A stretch of DNA of 64,000 nucleotides, from positions 55,205 through 119,204 of the forward strand of contig CP098402.1 in assembly GCA_025916675.1 (NCBI GenBank). Reading direction: 5' to 3'. The stretch is from Phycisphaera sp. Lineage in GTDB: Bacteria > Planctomycetota > Phycisphaerae > Phycisphaerales > UBA1924. Each line of letters starts with the position of its first letter. Within the stretch, counting starts at the first letter, position 1. A program made the position numbers and the translations under genes. A model generated the notes under the pieces. That model was given only the letters and a program-made list of their open reading frames with translations, searched no databases and was not told where the DNA came from. Positions 43,146-52,595 of the stretch are shown piece after piece.

Positions 43146-44666
43146 ATGGCTAGAAAGTACTCGCCCGACGATCGGAAGCTGGTTCGTCAGATTATTGACG
43201 ACACCGAAATGCCCACAGATTCCTGGCCGTACACAGATCAATTTGATCGTTGTCGTGCAGTCTTTAATACCGGCCGATTGAGTTCGTGGAATCGATCTGA
43301 GTTCTGGCACGTCGTCCTAGCTGTTCGAAAAGCTGGCGGAGATGGTGCCGCTAGGCGCAGACATGCTAGTGGCCTCGCAGCCGACGTAGTAATAGACAGA
43401 GAGGCGCTCCGGTCCGTTATGCCGCGAAGCCGAGGCGCGGTTGACAGACTGCCGTATAGCTCGACATTCGACTCAGCGTTTCGCAATTACAATCAGCGCA
43501 CGAAACGCAAATTGAATGAGAATCAGTTTTGGGTCGCCATGCTTCGTATCGCAAAGAGTCGAATCAAGAAGAATGCCAGGCCACATCTAGAAAAATCTAT
43601 TTGTGCATTGCGGTTAACAATTGATACATTTAACGCTAGTAGTGCCCATTTGAGAATGGACACTGTGTTGGTTCAGTTGCATTGGGCGTTTGAACAATTG
43701 CTCAAGGCGTCCCTCATCCAATACGGCGAGCCTATTAAGGAATCGAGTCGGGAGCAGACAATCTCGTTCGATCGTGCAAGCAAGATTGCCCATACAAAAG
43801 ATTCTGCCAAGTTTATCTCATATCAAGATTGGAAATATTTGCAATGGTTGAAGAATGTACGTGGCGGCGCATACCACGACCTTGTTGTTTTGGATGAAGC
43901 AGAGCTATACCTTCTTGCAAAAACGGGGGTCGAGCTTTTCGACAAGGTTCTAGATGATGTTTTCTTTGAGCGGCTGGCTGATCGAATCGAATCGAGAGTG
44001 CTGCCTATTTGCACTGTGCCGCTTGTGGATATTGGTGTACTGTTGGATCGAAAACGCTCCCAGATATATGCCCTATCCAAGGCTGGCGAGGCTCAGGCGG
44101 CAAGAAATGCCGCACGATCGCTTGCAGACTTGGAGTTGGTTCTCGGTCAGGATCGGCCCGAAGACGAGTTGTTGCCAGGGGCCCGAAAGAAGCAAGTTGA
44201 TGCGATCGTGAGGGCGGTTGATCGGCAAGAGCCGCTCGAAGATCATTTGCCGATGTGCTCCGCGATCCAAATCACCATGGAGGGAACCGGCCCAACTCTG
44301 AGTGTGAGCCTCGTTGGAAAGAAGAATCCTGGGGTTTCAGGAATCGAGGTAGATGGCAGTGCACCTGCTGTGGCATATAGGCGCATCAATCCGGCAGATG
44401 ATTTTCAGTTGACCCATACGCAAGTTGCCCAAAAACTGAAGATATCAACATCGGTGCTTACTGGGATTATGCGTGAGTTGAATGTCCATGATGATGAATC
44501 GATGTGCTATCGACACGGCCCCGCTGGGTCTGGTATGAAACAAGTTGGTTTTCACCACAAGGTGCTCGACAAAGTGAGACGATTTCTAGCTGAACATCCC
44601 GACGAGGATCCATTGACATGGTATCGTATACATGTATCGACAAATAAAAAGCACCGGCAGAGGTAA
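43146..44666 (+). CDS. Orphan 506-aa protein in a low-GC island (duplicated N-terminal module, Rx4H helical core, HTH-like C-terminal segment)
   Basis: Only long ORF in a roughly 1.6-kb segment of about 45-50 % GC. Internal duplication WPYTDQFDRCRAVFNTGRLSSWNRSEFWHVVLAVRKAG / LPYSSTFDSAFRNYNQRTKRKLNENQFWVAMLRIAKSR. Core …LVQLHWAFEQLLKASLI…LKNVRGGAYHDLVV…. C-terminal LTHTQVAQKLKISTSVLTGIMRELNV. Confidence 0.6.
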   Translation: MARKYSPDDRKLVRQIIDDTEMPTDSWPYTDQFDRCRAVFNTGRLSSWNRSEFWHVVLAVRKAGGDGAARRRHASGLAADVVIDREALRSVMPRSRGAVDRLPYSSTFDSAFRNYNQRTKRKLNENQFWVAMLRIAKSRIKKNARPHLEKSICALRLTIDTFNASSAHLRMDTVLVQLHWAFEQLLKASLIQYGEPIKESSREQTISFDRASKIAHTKDSAKFISYQDWKYLQWLKNVRGGAYHDLVVLDEAELYLLAKTGVELFDKVLDDVFFERLADRIESRVLPICTVPLVDIGVLLDRKRSQIYALSKAGEAQAARNAARSLADLELVLGQDRPEDELLPGARKKQVDAIVRAVDRQEPLEDHLPMCSAIQITMEGTGPTLSVSLVGKKNPGVSGIEVDGSAPAVAYRRINPADDFQLTHTQVAQKLKISTSVLTGIMRELNVHDDESMCYRHGPAGSGMKQVGFHHKVLDKVRRFLAEHPDEDPLTWYRIHVSTNKKHRQR

Positions 44667-44675
44667 TGCCGGTGC
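44642..44675 (-). terminator. Rho-independent terminator of groEL
   Basis: Arms GCACCGGCA (44651-44659) / TGCCGGTGC (44667-44675). On the minus strand the hairpin is followed by TTTTTATTTG. The TAA stop of the + strand ORF 43146..44666 lies in the loop. Confidence 0.65.
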
Positions 44676-44703
44676 TCCTTAAGAGAGTGGTTAGCCGCTT
44701 CAA

Positions 44704-46335
<1,632 letters not shown>

Positions 46336-46362
46336 GGTGCTGTTCCTTTTGAATCGAGATTA

Positions 46363-46465
46363 CCACAGAGGCGCAGAGGCACAGAGCGAAGATAGGACCG
46401 AATCTCTCTTTCTCTCTTCTCCCTACCCGATCCCCTCTCTTCTCTGCGCCTCTGTGCCTCTGTGG
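46363..46465. repeat. Imperfect 24-bp-arm inverted repeat in the intercistronic region upstream of groEL
   Basis: CCACAGAGGCGCAGAGGCACAGAG (46363-46386) pairs with CTCTGCGCCTCTGTGCCTCTGTGG (46442-46465): 22 Watson-Crick pairs, 1 G-U, 1 mismatch by hand. The 55-nt loop is polypyrimidine on the + strand, hence purine-rich in the minus-strand transcript. Confidence 0.7.
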
Positions 46466-46474
46466 TAAAAATTC

Positions 46475-46708
46475 TTACTTGTTGAGCTGGGGCGGACCGA
46501 TCCGCACCCACGCGACGCTCGCGGCGTCGATGATGGCGATGTTCTGCCCGTCGGTGACCTTGACCATGTGGTCGCCCTCCTCGGGCACGAGCATCGCGTT
46601 TGGCACCAGCAGCAGGGACGCCTGCTCGCCGGTATGGGTAAAGGCGAACGTGGCGTCACGCCCGCCGGTCAGTTCCTTGAGTGCTGCGCGCAGCTCGTCG
46701 GTGGTCAT
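46475..46708 (-). CDS. Small hypothetical protein encoded between groES and groEL
   Basis: 77 aa (MTTDELRAALKELTGGRDATFAFTHTGEQASLLLVPNAMLVPEEGDHMVKVTDGQNIAIIDAASVAWVRIGPPQLNK). Strong GC3 bias. GGAAGGGG about 8 nt upstream of the ATG. Starts 32 nt after the groES stop. Confidence 0.55.
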   Translation of the reverse strand: MTTDELRAALKELTGGRDATFAFTHTGEQASLLLVPNAMLVPEEGDHMVKVTDGQNIAIIDAASVAWVRIGPPQLNK

Positions 46709-46740
46709 GAGGACCGCCCCTTCCGCCGTGGGCTATCGAA

Positions 46741-47061
46741 TCAGCCCTCGAGCACCGCCAGCACGTCCGCCTCGGTCATGATCAGCAGCTCGTCGCCGTC
46801 GAGCTTGACCTCGGTGCCCGAGTAGCTGCTGAAGATGATGCGGTCGCCCTTTTTGACCTCCAGGGCCACGCGATCACCGGTCTCGGTGTTGAGCGCGCCG
46901 TCGCCGACGGCCTCGATCACGCCGGTCTTGGGGCGGTCCTTGCTGGTCTCGGGCAGGAAGATGCCCGAGGCGGTCTGGGTCTCGGCCTCGTCACGCCGCA
47001 CGATGATCTTGTCGTGCAGCGGGCGGATGTTCAGTTTCTTGCGGGTCTTGGTCGCGGCCAT
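46741..47061 (-). CDS. groS: Co-chaperonin GroES (Cpn10)
   Basis: Start ATG 47061, 106 aa. LNIRPLHDKIIVRRDEAETQTASGIFLPETSKDRPKTGVIEAVGDG…GDRIIFSSYSGTEVKLDGDELLIMTEADVLAVL. Confidence 0.92.
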   Translation of the reverse strand: MAATKTRKKLNIRPLHDKIIVRRDEAETQTASGIFLPETSKDRPKTGVIEAVGDGALNTETGDRVALEVKKGDRIIFSSYSGTEVKLDGDELLIMTEADVLAVLEG

Positions 47062-47195
47062 CGTGCATCGCTCCTCTGCAAAAGGCCCAATCCATTTGGG
47101 CGCTGGGTGTGTGTGTCTCGAATCGATCCAAGGGCGTTCGCCCCGGTGGCCGCCCCGCCCTCCACGGCGATCGGCCACCGGCGCGTGCCGGTTGT

Positions 47196-47765
47196 TCATG
47201 TTGCCTCGGGCCACTGGCCCCGATAGTGGCGCGCCAGGACGCGGCGCAGCACCTCCAATAACAGCTCGACGTCCCGGTGGTGGCTCGGGCGATCGACAAC
47301 CGCGAACGCGTCGGCGAGCAACGCCCGCATCGACTCGCGGCTGGCCTCCCGGGCCGTCCTCGCCCGGCGGATCACGATCGTCGGCGGGCGGCTCTCGGTC
47401 CGCTGGAGCAGTTCCAGCAGCCGCAGCCCGCCGTCCTCGGCCGAGCCGGTGTCCATGGGCAACGCCAGGTCGACCACGGCCATGTGGATGGGCATCATGG
47501 AGATGACCTTGGTGGCCTCCGTCCCCGAGTGGGCCCGCATCGTGCGGACGCCCATGGGCTCGAGCAGCGAGGGCAGCCGATCGGCCCAAGACTGGTCGGG
47601 CCGGCTGGCATCGCTCAGCAGCAGGTTCAGCCGAGGCTGGCTGGAACTGGTCGGGTTGGATGGCGATGGAACCACGCCCTGCTGCTTACAAGCCGCGTGC
47701 CTGTTGATGGGGGCGAATCCACCCCCACCAGACCACCGCAAGCGTGCCCATGGCGCTGCCAGCAC
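47196..47765 (-). CDS. Response-regulator receiver-like (apparently degenerate) single-domain protein
   Basis: REC-like beta/alpha pattern: RLNLLLSDAS (SD instead of DD), HMAVVDLALPMD (Asp present), GLRLLELLQ, PPTIVIRRA, ADAFAVVDRP (no Lys). N-terminal 45 aa are low-complexity, so the start is uncertain. Confidence 0.4.
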   Translation of the reverse strand: MLAAPWARLRWSGGGGFAPINRHAACKQQGVVPSPSNPTSSSQPRLNLLLSDASRPDQSWADRLPSLLEPMGVRTMRAHSGTEATKVISMMPIHMAVVDLALPMDTGSAEDGGLRLLELLQRTESRPPTIVIRRARTAREASRESMRALLADAFAVVDRPSHHRDVELLLEVLRRVLARHYRGQWPEAT

Positions 47766-47818
47766 TCACGCCAGTCACCCCAGAGGTGTCAACTTGGCAG
47801 GTGTTCGTGTTGAGTCCC

Positions 47819-47892
47819 AAAAAAACGAGGCCCTGGCGCGAGCCTGGGCTCCTGGAGCACCCAAGAGCCCAGGCTCGCGCCAGGGCCTCGTT
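47819..47892 (-). terminator. Rho-independent terminator of ftsH with an unusually long stem
   Basis: Perfect 28-nt arms AACGAGGCCCTGGCGCGAGCCTGGGCTC (47824-47851) / GAGCCCAGGCTCGCGCCAGGGCCTCGTT (47865-47892) with a 13-nt loop. On the minus strand the hairpin is followed by TTTTTTT. Lies 12 nt after the ftsH stop. Confidence 0.75.
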
Positions 47893-47903
47893 GTGGATCA
47901 GAT

Positions 47904-49940
47904 CTACGCCGGGCTGGGCGACATCCCACCCGCCAACTCCGGCCCCTGTTCGTCGTCGCGTTGGGGCTCGGGGGCCTTGGGCTTGCGGTCCCGCTCGGCC
48001 AGCAGCAGGTCCGAGACCGACGCCTTGTTGAGCGAGCCGCCGCCGATCAGCAGGTGGACCTCCTCGGCCGTCAGCGTCTCGTGCTTCAGCAGCGCCTCGG
48101 CCACGGCTTCCACCTTGGCCCAGTTCTGTTCGAGCATGGTGTTGGCTTCGGCGTAGGCCTCGTCGACGATCCGGCGGACCTCCTGGTCGATCAGGTCGGC
48201 CGTGCGGTCGCCGTACGCCTTGTCGGGGACGAAGCTATCGCGGGTGTCGCTGCCGGAGTATCGCAGGAAGCCGAGCTTGTCGCTCATGCCCCAATCGGTG
48301 ACCATGGTGCGCGCCAGCTCGGTGGCTTGCGAGATATCCCCGCTCGCGCCGCTGGACATGTCGCCCATCGCGCGCGCCTCGGCGATCCGTCCGCCGCACA
48401 TGACCTTGAGCGTGGCCAGGATCCACTTGAGCCCGTAGCCCATGCGGTCCTTTTCGGGCAGGCTGAAGGTCGCCCCGCCCATGCCACCACGCGGGATGAT
48501 GGTCACCTTGTGCAGCGGGTCGCCGTCGGGCAGCAACGCCTGCAGCACGGCGTGCCCGGCCTCGTGGTAGGCGACGAGCTTGTTCTCGTCCTTCTCGCGG
48601 ACGCGGCTCTTACCGGCGCGGCCGAACTTCACCTTGTCGCGGGCCTCCTCCAGGTCCTCGTGCTCAACGAAGTCCTTGTCTTCCATGGTGGCCATGATGG
48701 CCGCCTCGTTCGTAATGGCCGCAAGATCGGCACCACTGAACATGGGCGTGCCGCGCGCGATCTTCTCGAGGTCGACGTCGGGCCCGAGCTTCACCTTCTT
48801 GGCGTGCACGCTCAAGATCTCGAGCCGACCCTTCAGGTCAGGCAAACTCACCGAGATCTGGCGATCGAAACGGCCCGGCCGCACCAGGGCCGGATCGAGC
48901 ACGTCGGCCCGGTTGGTGGCCGCGATCACGATCACGCCGTCGGTGGCGTTGAAGCCGTCCATCTCGACGAGGATGGCGTTGAGCGTCTGCTCACGCTCGT
49001 CGTGCCCGCCCGAGCTGTATCCCCCGCCACGCCGGCGGCCGACCGCGTCGATTTCATCAAGGAAGATCAGGCACGGCGAGTTGTCCTTGGCCTGCTTGAA
49101 CAGGTCGCGTACGCGGCTGGCACCCACGCCCACGAACATCTCTACGAAGTCGCTGCCCGAGATGCTGAAGAACGGCACGTCGGCCTCGCCCGCGATGGCC
49201 TTGGCCAGCAACGTCTTACCGCAGCCGGGAGGCCCGTTGAGCAGCACGCCGCGCGGGATGCGCCCGCCCAGCTTTGTGAACTTCTTGGGCGTCTTGAGGA
49301 ATTCGATGATCTCCGAGACCTCGTCCTTGGCCTCGTCGATGCCGGCCACGTCCTTGAAGTTGACGCCGGTCATCTCCTTGTTGAAGACCTTGTGCCGGCT
49401 CTTGCCAAAGCTGCCCAGCATGCCCGCCCCGCCCGCGGCCCCGCGCAGGCTGCGCAGGAAGATGAAGATCAGGAAGACGAACAGCACGATCGGCAGGCCC
49501 AGCATGAGGTAGACGGGCCAATTGCTGCTCGGTTGGCTCTTCGCGCTCAGCCCTGTTTTGTCGAGGATCTGGCGGCCGATGGTCTCGCGCGTGGTCGCGT
49601 TGATGTCGATGCGCACCGTCGTGCGATCGCTGCTGTCGGGCCCGTCGAGCCGGACGGCACGCACGGCCGAGTCCGAGATCACCACGCTTTCGGATTCGAT
49701 CTGGCCCGCGTCGTACAGGCTGTAGAACTGCTGGAGGGTGATCTGCTCGCCCCGCCCGCTCTGCAGCATGAACATGACCATCACCCCTAGCAGCACCAGG
49801 GCCACCACGAGGATCATGATCCGCCCCTGGGGCATGGCCGGGCCGGCAGGCTGCTGCCCGGGCCGCTTGCCACCCGGCCCGCCTTCGGGTCCGCCCTTCC
49901 CATTGGGGGGCTGCTTTGGGTTCTGGTCTTGCTGGCTCAT
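47904..49940 (-). CDS. ftsH: ATP-dependent zinc metalloprotease FtsH
   Basis: Two N-terminal TM helices. Walker [14 protein letters not shown], Walker [10 protein letters not shown]-like ([10 protein letters not shown]), [22 protein letters not shown], zinc motif HEAGHA. Start at ATG 49940 (MSQQDQN) or 49961. Confidence 0.93.
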   Translation of the reverse strand: MSQQDQNPKQPPNGKGGPEGGPGGKRPGQQPAGPAMPQGRIMILVVALVLLGVMVMFMLQSGRGEQITLQQFYSLYDAGQIESESVVISDSAVRAVRLDGPDSSDRTTVRIDINATTRETIGRQILDKTGLSAKSQPSSNWPVYLMLGLPIVLFVFLIFIFLRSLRGAAGGAGMLGSFGKSRHKVFNKEMTGVNFKDVAGIDEAKDEVSEIIEFLKTPKKFTKLGGRIPRGVLLNGPPGCGKTLLAKAIAGEADVPFFSISGSDFVEMFVGVGASRVRDLFKQAKDNSPCLIFLDEIDAVGRRRGGGYSSGGHDEREQTLNAILVEMDGFNATDGVIVIAATNRADVLDPALVRPGRFDRQISVSLPDLKGRLEILSVHAKKVKLGPDVDLEKIARGTPMFSGADLAAITNEAAIMATMEDKDFVEHEDLEEARDKVKFGRAGKSRVREKDENKLVAYHEAGHAVLQALLPDGDPLHKVTIIPRGGMGGATFSLPEKDRMGYGLKWILATLKVMCGGRIAEARAMGDMSSGASGDISQATELARTMVTDWGMSDKLGFLRYSGSDTRDSFVPDKAYGDRTADLIDQEVRRIVDEAYAEANTMLEQNWAKVEAVAEALLKHETLTAEEVHLLIGGGSLNKASVSDLLLAERDRKPKAPEPQRDDEQGPELAGGMSPSPA

Positions 49941-50160
49941 CGCAAATGGACGCATGCACACTCCGCGGGTGCCGACACTCGCCGGCCGCCATCGTTCCTG
50001 TTCCTGCCCCGAGCATCGGCCCGACCGGCGGTCATCCTAGAGACCGTCTGGCGCCATCTGCCGCCGCCAAGGGTTGCCAACAACACCAACCTGCCCGGCT
50101 CTGGCAGCATTCCGAGCCCCCGTGGCAAGCGTGATACGCCCGAAACGGCCGCCAGGATCG

Positions 50161-50673
50161 TTACCATACCGAACGCATGGCTTCCAGGATCACCCCCGCC
50201 AGTTCGTCGGCGGCTGCCGAGAGCCCGACCTCTAGCGGCTCGCCCGCGGCGGGGATGAACGATTCGGTCACGGCGACGTTGATCTGCCGCGCCAGGACAC
50301 GCCCGGTGACGTTGCTCCGCCACTCGAAGTCGGCCACCACCCGCACGGCGGCCTGCTGGGTGATGCCGCCATCGGTGTCCTGGGTCAGCCGGCGGATCTG
50401 CACGTCGCGGATGGTCCCGCTCAGGGTCGTCTGGGCCGTTCCAGCGCTGGTGACGTTCCAGGGTGTGTCGCGCTGGACACGGCGGATCAACGCCCCGGTC
50501 ACGTCGGTCTCGAGGCCGGGGTGGAACGTCTCGTTCTGGAACACGTTGACCGCGATGCTCTCGACCCGCGCATCGTACGAGGACGAGAAGCTGTACCCCT
50601 GGGTCGGATCGCTCGCGCAGCCGAAGCCGACCGCCGCCAATCCGAGAGCCACGGCCAGCAGGAGCGGCTTCAA
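50161..50673 (-). CDS. LptE-like LPS-assembly lipoprotein
   Basis: Lipobox MKPLLLAVALGLAAVGFGC. SIAVNVFQNETFHPGLETDVTGALIRRVQRD matches the LptE (PF04390) pattern as I remember it. Start overlaps the upstream stop (ATGA). Confidence 0.55.
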   Translation of the reverse strand: MKPLLLAVALGLAAVGFGCASDPTQGYSFSSSYDARVESIAVNVFQNETFHPGLETDVTGALIRRVQRDTPWNVTSAGTAQTTLSGTIRDVQIRRLTQDTDGGITQQAAVRVVADFEWRSNVTGRVLARQINVAVTESFIPAAGEPLEVGLSAAADELAGVILEAMRSVW

Positions 50674-51650
50674 GAAATCTCTCCCTCGCGCAGCCAGCCA
50701 CAGTCGCGGAGCATGTCGATCGCCTCCTGCGCGGCCGTCGTCCTTGGGTGATCGCTGAGCAGCCGCCGGAGCACGTAGCGCGCCGATGCCTTCTCGCCCC
50801 GTTGGAGGTAGACCTGGGCGGTGACCAGCAGGTGCTTCCCCTGGCTCTCGTCGATGCGCACGCGCAGGGCGTCGAGCTCGGCCCTGACCTCGAGGTCGCC
50901 GGGGTACTTGCTCTCGTACACGTCCAGCAGTTCCTCGGTCTCGATGAGCCCCGAGCCGTCGTACTCCGGCCCGTTGTACTGGGCGAAGGTCGCTTCGATA
51001 CGGGCCAGCAGCACCGCCCGGTAGAACGTCGACGTCGGGAAGGCTTCGAGGAAGATGCTGTACACGTCCCGGGCCAGTCCGAATTCGCCCGTCCGCCTGT
51101 AGTGGGCGCCGAGCTCGAGCATCGCGCGCTCGGCGAGTTGGCTGCCCGGCAAGCGTTCGGCGATTCGTGTCAGAAACTCTTCGCCATCGCGCCGCGCGCT
51201 GCTGATGCGCAGGCCGAGGAACTTACGCCGCTTGCCCTCGATGTAATCGATGGCGATGGCCATCTCACGCTCGGCGGCCTTGACGAATTCGGGGCTGCCG
51301 GCGTACTTGAGCGCGATCTCCTCGTAGTCGTAGAGCGCGTCGTACTCGTCGTCGAGGGCCACCTTGGCATCGCCGCGCACGAGGAGGGCCAGCGGGATCC
51401 ACTGGTTCGTGCCCGAGCGGTTCTCGCGCAGCCAGGTGGTGAGCATCGTCTTGGCCTTGCCGGGCTGCCCGCCGAGCAGGATCGCCCAGGCCTCGCGTAT
51501 GTAGGCCTCGTCCTCGTCCATGGGCTCGGTGGCCTGGGCGGCCTCCCAGCCCCGCTGCGAGAGCTCGAGCTCGGTGCGTTGGGCGATCGCCGGGCCGACA
51601 AGCACCACGCACACAAAAAAGAACAAGGCCACGCGCTTCAGATCGCACAT
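50670..51650 (-). CDS. TPR-containing BamD/YfiO-like outer-membrane assembly lipoprotein candidate
   Basis: Signal (VALFFFVCVVLVGPAIAQ). Helical-repeat body with BamD-like features (…ALLVRGDAKVALDDEYDALYDYEEIALKYAGSPEFVKAAEREMAIAIDY…AERAMLELGAHYRRTGEFGLARDVYSIFLEAFPTS…). Translationally coupled to the LptE-like gene. Confidence 0.45.
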   Translation of the reverse strand: MCDLKRVALFFFVCVVLVGPAIAQRTELELSQRGWEAAQATEPMDEDEAYIREAWAILLGGQPGKAKTMLTTWLRENRSGTNQWIPLALLVRGDAKVALDDEYDALYDYEEIALKYAGSPEFVKAAEREMAIAIDYIEGKRRKFLGLRISSARRDGEEFLTRIAERLPGSQLAERAMLELGAHYRRTGEFGLARDVYSIFLEAFPTSTFYRAVLLARIEATFAQYNGPEYDGSGLIETEELLDVYESKYPGDLEVRAELDALRVRIDESQGKHLLVTAQVYLQRGEKASARYVLRRLLSDHPRTTAAQEAIDMLRDCGWLREGEIS

Positions 51651-51700
51651 GGCCCAGTATAGATCGGTGTGCCTCCCGCGAGGGGAGGGATTCGGGCGTT

Positions 51701-52399
51701 TCAGCCCCGGCGGCGTCGCAGGCCCGTGAGGCCCAGGCCGCTCAGCAGCGTCAGCGTCGCGGGGGCGGGCACGGTGTACTCGTACTCGTATTCCACGATC
51801 ATCAGGTTGTACTCGACCGGCCCGCCGGGAGTCCGCAGCGGGAGCGTGCGGTCCATGTCGGTGCCGTCCCAGGGGTTCAGGAACGAGCTGGTCAGATCGA
51901 ACACGGTGAAGTCGATGCCGCCGTTCTCGCTCACGAAGATCTTGTACTCGGTCACCGTGATATCACCGGCGAAGTCGAGGAACTCAATCGGATCGCTCCC
52001 GCCGATCTCCCAGCCGATGAATTCGGCCTCTTCACCCTCGATCAGGTAGTCGCTGGGTACCAGGGCGCTGCCATCGCGAGAGCGGAACTCGAACTGGATC
52101 ACGTTCAGGCCGGTGCCGCGGATCTCCGACCACTTGGCCTCGACCACGTCCGGACCGCCAAGCAGCGGGCCGATACTCTGGAACGCCTGGTCGAGTTGGA
52201 TGGATTGTTCGCCGCCGTGGATGATCTCTTCGCCGGTCCGCGAGAACGCCTTGAGCGCCACGCTGGCGGTTTCGTCGGCGTGTATGGTGCGGATGCCCAT
52301 GTCGCCGGGATCGATCTGACCGCTGGCCGACGAGGCGGCCATGAGCGTCGCCCCAACCACGCTTCCGACCCTACGAACTCCAGCCCAAAGGCGTGACAT
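51701..52399 (-). CDS. Secreted protein with PEP-CTERM-like anchor
   Basis: Start ATG 52399 preceded by GGGAGGTGGAG. Signal MSRLWAGVRRVGSVVGATLMAASSASGQ. C-terminus TVPAPATLTLLSGLGLTGLRRRRG. Confidence 0.6.
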   Translation of the reverse strand: MSRLWAGVRRVGSVVGATLMAASSASGQIDPGDMGIRTIHADETASVALKAFSRTGEEIIHGGEQSIQLDQAFQSIGPLLGGPDVVEAKWSEIRGTGLNVIQFEFRSRDGSALVPSDYLIEGEEAEFIGWEIGGSDPIEFLDFAGDITVTEYKIFVSENGGIDFTVFDLTSSFLNPWDGTDMDRTLPLRTPGGPVEYNLMIVEYEYEYTVPAPATLTLLSGLGLTGLRRRRG

Positions 52400-52595
52400 C
52401 TCCACCTCCCAGTTGCGCGGTCGCACCCACAGCCAATCGCGCAACGGCAAACGCTGACGCGCTTGCGTCTACGCCGGCGGGGCGCACACACCCACCGAAC
52501 TCTCCAGTAAGCAAGGTACAACAAGAATCGTGAATGGCCAGTAACTGGCGCAAAAACCGCGCCAATCAGTCCATTCCCACCCGTCTGGCGGTGTT

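Noticed and set aside
42278-43153. 291-aa ORF (and three overlapping ORFs) translating the 42-bp tandem repeat as LEEDGSRPDRRGIP repeats.
   Set aside because: Codon usage is atypical for the genome in every frame. All frames on both strands are open, a repeat artefact. The ORF continues out of frame through the credible small membrane gene at 42850..43095.
47062-47195. Search for a CIRCE/HrcA operator (TTAGCACTC-N9-GAGTGCTAA) upstream of groES.
   Set aside because: No GCACTC/GAGTGC half-sites are present. Only short GC palindromes (GTGGCCG…CGGCCAC, CCGGC-GCGT-GCCGG) without known significance.
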